A DNA stretch of 36,702 nucleotides from a virus (IMGVR_UViG_3300034410_000302:1-36702); one strand, 5' to 3'. Positions 16,088 to 23,835 are shown, counted from the first letter of the stretch. Translations and numbers: made by a program. The notes: a model not told the origin generated them from the sequence alone.

Positions 16088-17295
16088 AACACGCGACAAT
16101 CATTCCACTTATCGGTGGTGAGGCATTAGCTTCAACCGACGTATTTGGTTCTAGACCAGAATATATCTTATCATACGATGTTTTTAAAGACAACGAAAAA
16201 CATTTACTTAACTATTGGGATTACGAAGTTCCTTATCATGTACTTGATAAAGGTGGTTCTGCTCCACTTGGTGAAAAGATTGATGTAATGTCTAGTGTTT
16301 GTCCTTGTGCTGGTCTCAGTCAATATCATTCTAAGCCTGGTGAAGAAAATCAAAACAATCAATGGATGGAAAAAACTGCTCGATATGTTTTAGGCGAAGT
16401 AAAGCCAAACGTATTCTGGGGAGAAAATGCTCCTGCATTAGTTGGTAAGATTGGCGAGTTTATGCTGAAAAAGCTTAGACAGATTGGCGAAGAAAACGGA
16501 TATTCAATGAGTCTATATCTTACAAAGAATATCAAACACGGTGTACCACAATTTCGTAAGCGTACATTTTACTTCTTTTGGAAGAAAGAACGTTTTGGCG
16601 ATCGTACTCCACTACTTACATATTATAATCGTCCTCATAAGAAGATCGAAGACATTATTGCTGGTGTAAAATCAAACTTCCAAGTAGAACCAATCAATGA
16701 AAAGATTCCAAGTCAAGACGATCCTTATTATCGTTATTTGCTTGAAGAAGTTAATAATGGTATGACTCATCGTGAATATTACGATAGCCTTAATACAGAA
16801 AATGTACGTGGCAATGATGTAGAATCTATGATCGAAAAGGCTGGTCACGACTATAATGTAGTTGGTAAATGGATGGATAAAGAAGGATATGAGCGTGAAG
16901 TTCCAAAATGCGAACGTAAATATGAAAAGCTTGCATCTGGTGGTAATATTATGAGACGTGGTACTATTGTTCCAAAGGATTACATTGGAGCTTTTGTTGG
17001 CCATTATCCAACTGTTCTCACGCATCCATACGAAGATCGATATATTAATTATCGTGAAGCAATGACTATTATGGGTTTACCTTCTGATTTCGAATTATTA
17101 GATCCTAAGAAATCAGTTAATCATATTTGTCAGAACGTACCTTATCAAACAGCTTCTGATATGTGTGAAGAAATTAAAGCAGTATTTAACAATGATCGTC
17201 CTTGGGCTGATACAGATTTCTTATTCCAATCTAATATCAATCAAAAACATGAACTGTGGAACAAAGAAGAAGCAACTTTAGAAGCTTTCATTTAA
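16084..17295 (+). CDS. C5 cytosine DNA methyltransferase-like protein with degenerate SAM-binding motifs
   Basis: Motif IV CPCAGLS, VI ENAP, VIII PQFRKR and IX RYINYREAMTIMGLP are present. Motif I reads PLIGG and motif X reads ICQNVP. The C-terminus is TLEAFI. Confidence 0.8.
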   Translation: MKHATIIPLIGGEALASTDVFGSRPEYILSYDVFKDNEKHLLNYWDYEVPYHVLDKGGSAPLGEKIDVMSSVCPCAGLSQYHSKPGEENQNNQWMEKTARYVLGEVKPNVFWGENAPALVGKIGEFMLKKLRQIGEENGYSMSLYLTKNIKHGVPQFRKRTFYFFWKKERFGDRTPLLTYYNRPHKKIEDIIAGVKSNFQVEPINEKIPSQDDPYYRYLLEEVNNGMTHREYYDSLNTENVRGNDVESMIEKAGHDYNVVGKWMDKEGYEREVPKCERKYEKLASGGNIMRRGTIVPKDYIGAFVGHYPTVLTHPYEDRYINYREAMTIMGLPSDFELLDPKKSVNHICQNVPYQTASDMCEEIKAVFNNDRPWADTDFLFQSNINQKHELWNKEEATLEAFI

Positions 17296-17298
17296 TAG

Positions 17299-17327
17299 TT
17301 GACATTTGTACACATATAAGTTATAAT
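17299..17327 (+). promoter_or_regulatory. sigma70 consensus promoter
   Basis: TTGACA (17299-17304), 17 bp spacer, TATAAT (17322-17327). Confidence 0.9.
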
Positions 17328-17351
17328 ATAATCTAACGTTGAAGGAATAAT

Positions 17352-17996
17352 ATGAAACACTTTATTATAGATTTTGAGACTATAGGTCAACATGCTGCAG
17401 TTGTACCTGCTATTGATTGTTCCTATACTACGTTTGAATGGGAACGATTTATCGAGCAACCTTATTCTTTTAAAGAACTTGTTCTCGGCGTGACTCAAGA
17501 TAAATTTGATATTAAAGATCAAATGGTTAATCACGGTTGTAAATACAATGAACGTGATCTTCAATGGTGGTTAGATCAGCCACCAGCGCTTCGTACAAAT
17601 ATGAAGCCAAACCCAGACCTTGATCTTAATCCTGTACAGTTTATGGAAAAGTTTATCAATTACTTAAGAGCTGAAGGACCAATTAGTCATTGGTGGTCAA
17701 GATCAAATACTTTTGATCCAGTAATACTAGAACGTATTGCTCAAAATGCTGATAAGAGTTCATTGCTAAATGATTACCTTAAGTATTGGGCAGTAAGAGA
17801 TACTCGTACATATATCGATGCTAAGTTTGATTTTAATGTACCGGGTGGAAAGAACGGATTTATTCCTGTATCCGACATTGCAAAATGGGAATACAATTTT
17901 AAAGCACATGATAGTAAACATGATGTTGCTGCAGATATTCTGAGGTTACAAGCTATCGTAAGAGCTGAAGCAGATTTGGAGCAAATTGAAATATGA
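17352..17996 (+). CDS. dexA: DEDDh 3'-5' exonuclease, T4 DexA-like
   Basis: IIDFET, WSRSNTFD, RDTRT and HDSKHDVAAD. Confidence 0.8.
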   Translation: MKHFIIDFETIGQHAAVVPAIDCSYTTFEWERFIEQPYSFKELVLGVTQDKFDIKDQMVNHGCKYNERDLQWWLDQPPALRTNMKPNPDLDLNPVQFMEKFINYLRAEGPISHWWSRSNTFDPVILERIAQNADKSSLLNDYLKYWAVRDTRTYIDAKFDFNVPGGKNGFIPVSDIAKWEYNFKAHDSKHDVAADILRLQAIVRAEADLEQIEI

Positions 17997-18850
17997 AAAT
18001 AGAAGTAAGTATTGAAGAATTACGAAAACAAAAAATCTTTGTAGGTACACCTATGTATGGCGCTCAATGTGCTGGTACATATACCAAAGCATCTACAGAT
18101 CTTGCTACGATGTGCGCTACTAATGGTATTGGTATTCATTTCTATTACCTATTTAATGAGAGCTTGGTTCAGAGGGCACGTAACTATATCGTTGACGAGT
18201 TTCTAAGATCTGATTGTACTCATTTATTGTTTATAGATGCCGACATTGGTTTTAATCCACGTGACGTATTAGGTCTAATGGCAGTTAACTTAAAAGATCC
18301 AGAAGAATATAATATTGTTACAGGTCCTTATCCTAAGAAAACTATTGCTTGGGAAAAGATTAACAAAGCTGCAGATGCCGGCTTTGGTAAAGAAAACCCA
18401 TTTGAATTAGAAAACTATGCTGCAGATTATGTCTTTAATCCAGTTAAAAAGCAAAATTCATTTAAGATGAATGAACCAATGGAGATTGGAGAAGGTGGTA
18501 CAGGCTTTATGCTTATAGCACGTGAAACATTTACTAAGTTTGCTGCAGCTTACCCTGAACTTGAATACAAACCAGATCATGCTCGTACTGATAATTTTGA
18601 CGGAAGTCGAATGATTACAGCATTCTTTGATTGTATTATTGATCCAGAAACTAAACGCTATCTATCAGAAGATTACTTCTTTTGTAAGAAAGCACGACAA
18701 GCTGGTCTAAGAGTTTGGATGTGTCCTTGGATGCAATTACAACATGTTGGTACATATATCTTTAAAGGATCTCTTGGCCACATGGGGCAGCTTGGTACAT
18801 CGCTTACTGCCGATAAATCAAGCAGCAAAAAGTCTTACAAGAAAAAATGA
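17993..18850 (+). CDS. GT-A fold glycosyltransferase-like phage protein
   Basis: IFVGTPMYG, ESLVQRARN, THLLFIDADI (DxD), GTGFMLI and YLSEDYFFC. Confidence 0.7.
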   Translation: MKIEVSIEELRKQKIFVGTPMYGAQCAGTYTKASTDLATMCATNGIGIHFYYLFNESLVQRARNYIVDEFLRSDCTHLLFIDADIGFNPRDVLGLMAVNLKDPEEYNIVTGPYPKKTIAWEKINKAADAGFGKENPFELENYAADYVFNPVKKQNSFKMNEPMEIGEGGTGFMLIARETFTKFAAAYPELEYKPDHARTDNFDGSRMITAFFDCIIDPETKRYLSEDYFFCKKARQAGLRVWMCPWMQLQHVGTYIFKGSLGHMGQLGTSLTADKSSSKKSYKKK

Positions 18851-18859
18851 AAATAACAG

Positions 18860-18897
18860 TTGACAATACGCAGATACTATGGTACTATTAATAAATA
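18860..18897 (+). promoter_or_regulatory. sigma70 promoter plus late-type box upstream of gp45
   Basis: TTGACA (18860-18865), 17 bp spacer, TGG-TACTAT (18883-18888). ATAAATA at 18891-18897. Confidence 0.75.
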
Positions 18898-18919
18898 AAC
18901 AAACTAGGAGCTTTATATA

Positions 18920-19582
18920 ATGAAATTTAGTGAACGTACTCTTACGATTCTTAAGAGTTTTTCGAGCATCAACAAGTCTATCCTAATGAAGGAAGGCAAT
19001 GTTCTTAAGACAGTAACACCGGAAAAAACACTTGTAGCAACTGCTACAATCCCAGATCAGATCCCATCACAAGCATGTGTATATGATCTATCTCGGTTCT
19101 TATCTATTCTAGGTCTTTACAAAGATCCAGAAGTAGAGTTTCATGATAAATACTTCATGATTACCGCGGGCAAACAACGTACTAAGTATGTTTATGCCGA
19201 CATCTCAATGATTCATGCTGCTCCAGAGAAAGATATTACTCTTCCCTCTGCAGATGTTGAAGTGAATGTATCGTGGGAAGATCTTCAGTCAGTAATTAAA
19301 GCTGCTGGTGTTCTTCAATTTAGCGAAGTTGCTTTTGTTGGCCAAGAAGGTAAAATTTACCTGAAAGCTATTGACGGCAACAATGAAAATTCTGATGATT
19401 ATGGTGTTGAAATTGGCACAACTTCTGATGAATTTAAGATTATTGTGAAAACTGATAATCTCAAGCTTTTACCTCAGGACTATAAAGTTACGCTTTGCGC
19501 AAAGGGTATCTCTGAGTTTAAAGGCGAAGGTGTCACATATTTTGTGGCAATTGATACTAAGTCGACTTATAAAAAAGGATAA
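18920..19582 (+). CDS. 45: sliding clamp (DNA polymerase processivity factor)
   Basis: MKFSERTLTILKSFSSINKSI, YDLSRFL, NLKLLPQDY and YFVAI. Lies upstream of gp44. Confidence 0.93.
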   Translation: MKFSERTLTILKSFSSINKSILMKEGNVLKTVTPEKTLVATATIPDQIPSQACVYDLSRFLSILGLYKDPEVEFHDKYFMITAGKQRTKYVYADISMIHAAPEKDITLPSADVEVNVSWEDLQSVIKAAGVLQFSEVAFVGQEGKIYLKAIDGNNENSDDYGVEIGTTSDEFKIIVKTDNLKLLPQDYKVTLCAKGISEFKGEGVTYFVAIDTKSTYKKG

Positions 19583-19876
19583 ATGAATATGAGTGAACAA
19601 CAAAACCCGCAAGCTCAGGGTCAAGAGCAACAAGAACCAGTACAAATCTCTTTGCAAGATATTGCAACCGTAGTACAGCTAATTGATGTTGTATCACGTA
19701 GAGGTGGTATTGAAGGTAATGAAATGGCTGGCGTAGGTATGCTACGTAATAAGCTTGAAGTCTTCTTGCGTCAAAACGCGCCTGAAGGTGAAGCTCCACA
19801 GGGTGAAATGCCTGCAGACGCAGCTCCGGCTGATGTACCAGCGGAAGCTCCGCTTGCTGATAAAGTTTCAGCGTAA
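19583..19876 (+). CDS. hypothetical protein
   Basis: AAGGA RBS (start may be ATG 19589); core ISLQDI...IDVVSRRGGIEGNEM...VG. Confidence 0.7.
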   Translation: MNMSEQQNPQAQGQEQQEPVQISLQDIATVVQLIDVVSRRGGIEGNEMAGVGMLRNKLEVFLRQNAPEGEAPQGEMPADAAPADVPAEAPLADKVSA

Positions 19877-19954
19877 AAGCCTTATGAACGACCAAGGGCT
19901 CTCGTTGATAAACAAACCCTTATTTTATTTTTATATTATGATTGGTGAAACTAT

Positions 19955-20908
19955 ATGGCTATTGAATCAAAGGCAAATGAAGTGTTGTGGGTTGAAAAGT
20001 ATCGACCTCAAAAAATTGACGACACTATCCTTCCTGAAAAAACCAAGGCTGCTTTCAAAAAGTTTGTAGAAGACGAAAGCATTCCTAACCTGCTACTTAC
20101 TGGTGGTCCAGGCGTTGGTAAAACTACTATCGCTAAAGCAATGCTCGAAGAGCTAGGTTGTGATTACATTGTAAAGAATGGTTCCCTTAACGTGAATATC
20201 GATACTCTTCGGTATGAAATATCTACATATGCATCCTCAGTATCTCTTACTGGTGGACGTAAGTACGTAATCTTTGATGAAGCTGATTATCTAAACGCTA
20301 CATCAGTACAACCCGCCTTACGTAACTTTATTGAAGAATACTCTTCCAATTGCGGGTTTATCTTTACATGTAACTTTAAAAATCGTATCATTGAACCACT
20401 TAGGTCTCGTTTGTCTGAAGTAGATTTTACTATTGAGACATCACAACGTCCTAAAATGGCAATGCAATTCTTCAAGCGCGTAAATGCTATACTTGATGAT
20501 CAAGGTGTTGAATACGATAAACCAGTTCTTGCTAAAGTTATTGAACGTCACTTTCCTGATTTCCGTAGGGTATTAACTGAACTTCAAACATATGCTTCCT
20601 CTGGTCGTATTGATGAAGGTATCTTTGTTAATCTCAAACAAGAATCTATGGATGAGATGTTTAAACTTCTTAAAACAAAAAACTTTACAGGTATGCGTAA
20701 ATGGGTTGCATCAAACTCTGATCAGGATATGAATGAAATGTTCAGACGTATCTATGACATGGCAACTGATAAAGTTGAATTGAAATCAATGCCTGGATTC
20801 GTAGTTACTCTTGCTGATTATATGTACAAAGCAAACTTTGTAGCTGATCTTGAAGTTAATATGGTTGCATTCCTTACTGAAGTAATGTTGGAATCTGAAT
20901 ACAAATGA
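19955..20908 (+). CDS. 44: clamp loader large subunit (AAA+)
   Basis: LWVEKYRP, Walker A GGPGVGKTT, Walker B DEAD, PLRSR and FPDFRR. Confidence 0.95.
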   Translation: MAIESKANEVLWVEKYRPQKIDDTILPEKTKAAFKKFVEDESIPNLLLTGGPGVGKTTIAKAMLEELGCDYIVKNGSLNVNIDTLRYEISTYASSVSLTGGRKYVIFDEADYLNATSVQPALRNFIEEYSSNCGFIFTCNFKNRIIEPLRSRLSEVDFTIETSQRPKMAMQFFKRVNAILDDQGVEYDKPVLAKVIERHFPDFRRVLTELQTYASSGRIDEGIFVNLKQESMDEMFKLLKTKNFTGMRKWVASNSDQDMNEMFRRIYDMATDKVELKSMPGFVVTLADYMYKANFVADLEVNMVAFLTEVMLESEYK

Positions 20909-21120
20909 GTGAAATAGGTCCAGTTAGTCCAGTAGTATTAAGTAACTATACAACTACAAAAGTAGTTAATGATCAAGTTATTCGAACTGTTGTAAAGCAC
21001 GTTGAAAGAAATGGTGTTGAAACAGTAGAAAAAACTGAATATATTACTTACAATTCTAGTGGAAAGTTGGAGCAATATAACATTGAGGAAAACGGTAAAG
21101 CCGTGGATATTTTATTATGA
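20905..21120 (+). CDS. hypothetical protein
   Basis: ATGA overlap with gp44. Confidence 0.6.
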   Translation: MSEIGPVSPVVLSNYTTTKVVNDQVIRTVVKHVERNGVETVEKTEYITYNSSGKLEQYNIEENGKAVDILL

Positions 21121-21287
21121 TTTTAGATTTATTTTATAACGTGTTTACAGGTGCAATTGCAGTCGCTATAATTTATTTTGGCTGTAAAGTTCTGTGGGTT
21201 TCTACATTAATACTCGACGAAAGAAAGAAAAACTGGCGAGCAGGTACTCATGACTACTACGGAAATCGTATCGAGGATCAAGATTAA
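21117..21287 (+). CDS. small single-pass membrane protein (56 aa; not in ORF track)
   Basis: MILDLFYNVFTGAIAVAIIYFGCKVLWVSTLILDERKKNWRAGTHDYYGNRIEDQD. Coupled by ATGA and TAATG overlaps at both ends. Confidence 0.65.
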   Translation: MILDLFYNVFTGAIAVAIIYFGCKVLWVSTLILDERKKNWRAGTHDYYGNRIEDQD

Positions 21288-21490
21288 TGTTCGGTTGGAC
21301 TATCAAGAAAGTAAAAAAGACTGTCCAATGTTTTAATTGTGGAGTGGACGTTGATCCTGAGATCGCGTTTAATGTAAAGTTTAATACTGCTGAAGGACTA
21401 CATACTCTTAAATCATGTCAAGCATGTGCTGATGAAGTTAATGAAGTTCTTAAAGCTATTGAGGAGGCAAGAAATGACAATGCCATGTGA
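21287..21490 (+). CDS. small zinc-ribbon-like protein
   Basis: CFNC ... CQAC; GAGGA RBS. Confidence 0.65.
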   Translation: MFGWTIKKVKKTVQCFNCGVDVDPEIAFNVKFNTAEGLHTLKSCQACADEVNEVLKAIEEARNDNAM

Positions 21491-21680
21491 ACGCAAATGG
21501 GCTATTGACAATGCACGCATTTTTTTATATAATCTATTAGATCCTAAGAAAACACCTCGCATTCCTAAAGCAATAAGACTTGAAGCAGGTCGTTGCTTAA
21601 AACACTATCCTGGTGAATACTATATGGAAGAAGCTCAGAAGTTAGCACCCGAGGTATTTGGAGAATTTAAAGATGGCTAA
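21474..21680 (+). CDS. conserved hypothetical protein (BPSL0761-like)
   Basis: MTMPCER ... TPRIPKAIRLEA ... LKHYP; GAGGAGG RBS before ATG 21474. Confidence 0.65.
   Translation: MTMPCERKWAIDNARIFLYNLLDPKKTPRIPKAIRLEAGRCLKHYPGEYYMEEAQKLAPEVFGEFKDG
21505..21533 (+). promoter_or_regulatory. sigma70 consensus promoter inside a CDS, upstream of gp62/regA
   Basis: TTGACA (21505-21510), 17 bp spacer, TATAAT (21528-21533). Confidence 0.8.
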
Positions 21681-22077
21681 AGATTACAACCCCTTTGATT
21701 TTATGAATGCAGTATCTTTCTCTAAGGAAGATCTCATTAAAAATCATGATACACCTGATCAGATCGAAAAGCAATATACTCCGTATGTAGTTAATCGTGG
21801 ATTTACTAACTTTGAAGATACTATCCTTCATGCTAATGAAATGAATATGCGACATCATCTGTTTCATGCAGCTCAATTTGATTATTATCGAGGTGCTTTA
21901 CGTAAACGTAAACGTTTCTCAAAATGGCCAAAGGCTGATAAAAGTACAGATCTTGATGCTATTCAACAAGTTTATAATTGCAATCGTACAGTTGCTAAAT
22001 TATATTATAAGGCGTTATCGCAAGATGATATGAAATCTGTTAAGAACAAACTCACAATAGGTGGAAGTTCAAAATAG
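21673..22077 (+). CDS. 62: clamp loader small subunit
   Basis: PFDFMNAV, YTPYVVNR, ANEMN, QFDY and RKRKRFSKWPK; GGAG RBS before ATG 21673. Confidence 0.9.
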   Translation: MAKDYNPFDFMNAVSFSKEDLIKNHDTPDQIEKQYTPYVVNRGFTNFEDTILHANEMNMRHHLFHAAQFDYYRGALRKRKRFSKWPKADKSTDLDAIQQVYNCNRTVAKLYYKALSQDDMKSVKNKLTIGGSSK

Positions 22078-22153
22078 AATAAATATATTGGATGCAACAT
22101 TTGACGCATCGTGATAACAACAAAAAATAATTTAAAATAAGGTGCTGTACGTT

Positions 22154-22558
22154 ATGGAAACAGAAGACATTTTCAAAGGTGTCGGTATAGAAGTTTCGCT
22201 TCCTTCCCCAGATAGTTTTTTAAAAGTTAAAGAGACTTTAACTCGAATTGGCATTTCTTCTCGTAAAGAAAAGAAGTTATATCAAACATGCCACATTTTG
22301 CATAAGCAGGGAAGATACGCAATTCTACATTTCAAGGAATTGTTTATACTCGACGGAAAAAAGAATACATTTACAGAAGAAGATAAAGCAAGACGTAATA
22401 CGATTGTTAAACTTCTGGAAGAATGGGAGTTATGTTCTATTGTGCATGAAGATGCAACAGGCGAACTTGCTGCTCCTCTTAATCAAATCAAAATTTTATC
22501 ACACAAAGAAAAATCAAATTGGACACTTGAAGCTAAATATAATATTGGGAAAAAGTAA
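22154..22558 (+). CDS. regA: RegA translational repressor
   Basis: DSFLKVKETLTRIGI, LYQTCHILHKQGRYAILHFKELF and RRNTI. Confidence 0.95.
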   Translation: METEDIFKGVGIEVSLPSPDSFLKVKETLTRIGISSRKEKKLYQTCHILHKQGRYAILHFKELFILDGKKNTFTEEDKARRNTIVKLLEEWELCSIVHEDATGELAAPLNQIKILSHKEKSNWTLEAKYNIGKK

Positions 22559-22561
22559 ATT

Positions 22562-23071
22562 ATGAATGTTTATAAGGTGAATGATCGGGCATCCGTGCCT
22601 GAATACGCAACAGCTGGATCAGCTTGTTTCGATATTAAAGCATGTATTACTCGTGGTCAGCGTTTAAGATCATATAACGCATTTAACAAAGAAATGCAAA
22701 TTGTAGTTAAGGGTGTTGGTGGAAATCCAGACTCATTTCAACTACCTCCAGGAATTCGAGTATTAGTACCAACCGGTCTTATCTTCGATATTCCAGAAAA
22801 GCATGTAATGAAAATGTATATTCGCTCCAGTCAAGCTCTAAAGAAAGGGTTGACAATGGTAAATGGAGTTGGTATAATCGATTCTGATTATGTAGAAGAA
22901 TCTTTCATGATGCTGGAAAACATTTCAGACAGCATGGCTCTAATCGAGCATGGCGAACGTATTGCTCAATGTTTAATCGAAAAAACTCTTCGTACTAAAA
23001 TAGTAGAGACAACAGATAAACCAGGAATCAAAACTGACCGTGACGGTGGCTTTGGTTCAACAGATGAATAA
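22562..23071 (+). CDS. dut: trimeric dUTPase
   Basis: SACFDI, RSS, GIIDSDY, ERIAQ and RDGGFGST. Confidence 0.95.
   Translation: MNVYKVNDRASVPEYATAGSACFDIKACITRGQRLRSYNAFNKEMQIVVKGVGGNPDSFQLPPGIRVLVPTGLIFDIPEKHVMKMYIRSSQALKKGLTMVNGVGIIDSDYVEESFMMLENISDSMALIEHGERIAQCLIEKTLRTKIVETTDKPGIKTDRDGGFGSTDE
22850..22878 (+). promoter_or_regulatory. sigma70 consensus promoter inside dUTPase
   Basis: TTGACA (22850-22855), 17 bp spacer, TGG-TATAAT (22873-22878). Confidence 0.7.
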
Positions 23072-23101
23072 AGGTTATTACAAAAAGTAATAACTTTTTT
23101 T
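23071..23101 (+). terminator. putative intrinsic terminator after dUTPase
   Basis: GTTATTAC-AAAAA-GTAATAAC hairpin followed by T7. The stem is AT-rich, so it may be leaky. Confidence 0.55.
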
Positions 23102-23121
23102 AAGAATATACAATTTTTGTA

Positions 23122-23129
23122 TATAAATA
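23122..23129 (+). promoter_or_regulatory. T4 late promoter upstream of hsp20
   Basis: Exact TATAAATA, directly before a structured leader. Confidence 0.7.
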
Positions 23130-23130
23130 A

Positions 23131-23228
23131 ATGTGTAAGAATGCTGAATTATCGGGTTCTTACATGTTAAACCGGTCGGATTTAATCGACCAAATATAAA
23201 TCTTGCTTAATTTAAAGGAGATAGCAAA
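23131..23228 (+). ncRNA. ROSE-like RNA thermometer in the hsp20 5' UTR
   Basis: Three hairpins: TGTAAGAA/TTCTTACA, GGTCG/CGACC, and ATCTTGCTT pairing with AAGGAGAT (UUGCU motif with a bulged G opposite the SD). Confidence 0.7.
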
Positions 23229-23687
23229 ATGACTAATACACGAAGAATGACAACAGACTTGCTTAGCGATCCATTTTTTATTGGATTTGATAGAGTTCTA
23301 AATAGAATGCAGAACTCGACTCCAGGTCAAACGAATTACCCTCCATACAACATTGTAAAGTTAGACGACGACAGATACACCATTGAAATTGCTGTAGCTG
23401 GCTTTGATGAGAACGAAATAGAGGTGGAACTTAAAGAAGGCGTACTAAACGTCTTCGCAGAAAAAGATTCTAAAGATGAAGGTGAATACCTACATAAAGG
23501 AATCTCTGCTAGAGCCTTCAGACGCTCATTTACTCTTTCAGACACTATTGTGGTTAATGGAGCCGATCTAGTTAACGGGATCTTGGCCATTGAACTAGAG
23601 AACGTGATACCTGAAGAGAAGAAACCTCGTAAAATTGACATCGGCAAAAAAAGTAAATCTGGTAAGAGAACGCTTTTAAACGAATAG
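23229..23687 (+). CDS. hsp20: small heat shock protein (Hsp20/IbpA-like)
   Basis: FIGFDR, NYPPYNI, IEIAVAGF, YLHKGISARAFRRSFTL and PEEKKPRKI. Confidence 0.95.
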   Translation: MTNTRRMTTDLLSDPFFIGFDRVLNRMQNSTPGQTNYPPYNIVKLDDDRYTIEIAVAGFDENEIEVELKEGVLNVFAEKDSKDEGEYLHKGISARAFRRSFTLSDTIVVNGADLVNGILAIELENVIPEEKKPRKIDIGKKSKSGKRTLLNE

Positions 23688-23712
23688 CCGGCCTTAAGGA
23701 GGGCCAAGCCAA

Positions 23713-23835
23713 ATGAACAGAGTAATTTCCTATATTAAGGAATGTGACGGCCACTTTTGTGATATGGTAGCTCAAACAGCATTAACAGTTATTACCCTTG
23801 GAGTAATGATATTATGCGTAAGCTCTATAGCATAA
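23713..23835 (+). CDS. small hydrophobic protein (40 aa; not in ORF track)
   Basis: MNRVISYIKECDGHFCDMVAQTALTVITLGVMILCVSSIA with an AAGGAGG RBS, ending just before a terminator. Confidence 0.6.
   Translation: MNRVISYIKECDGHFCDMVAQTALTVITLGVMILCVSSIA

Noticed and set aside
22091-22110. GATGC...GCATC hairpin and ATAAATA (22079-22085) upstream of regA
   Set aside because: A 5-bp stem and a short AT-rich box are too weak to call without comparative data.
23635-23665. TTGACA at the end of hsp20 as a promoter
   Set aside because: No -10 hexamer at 16-18 bp spacing.
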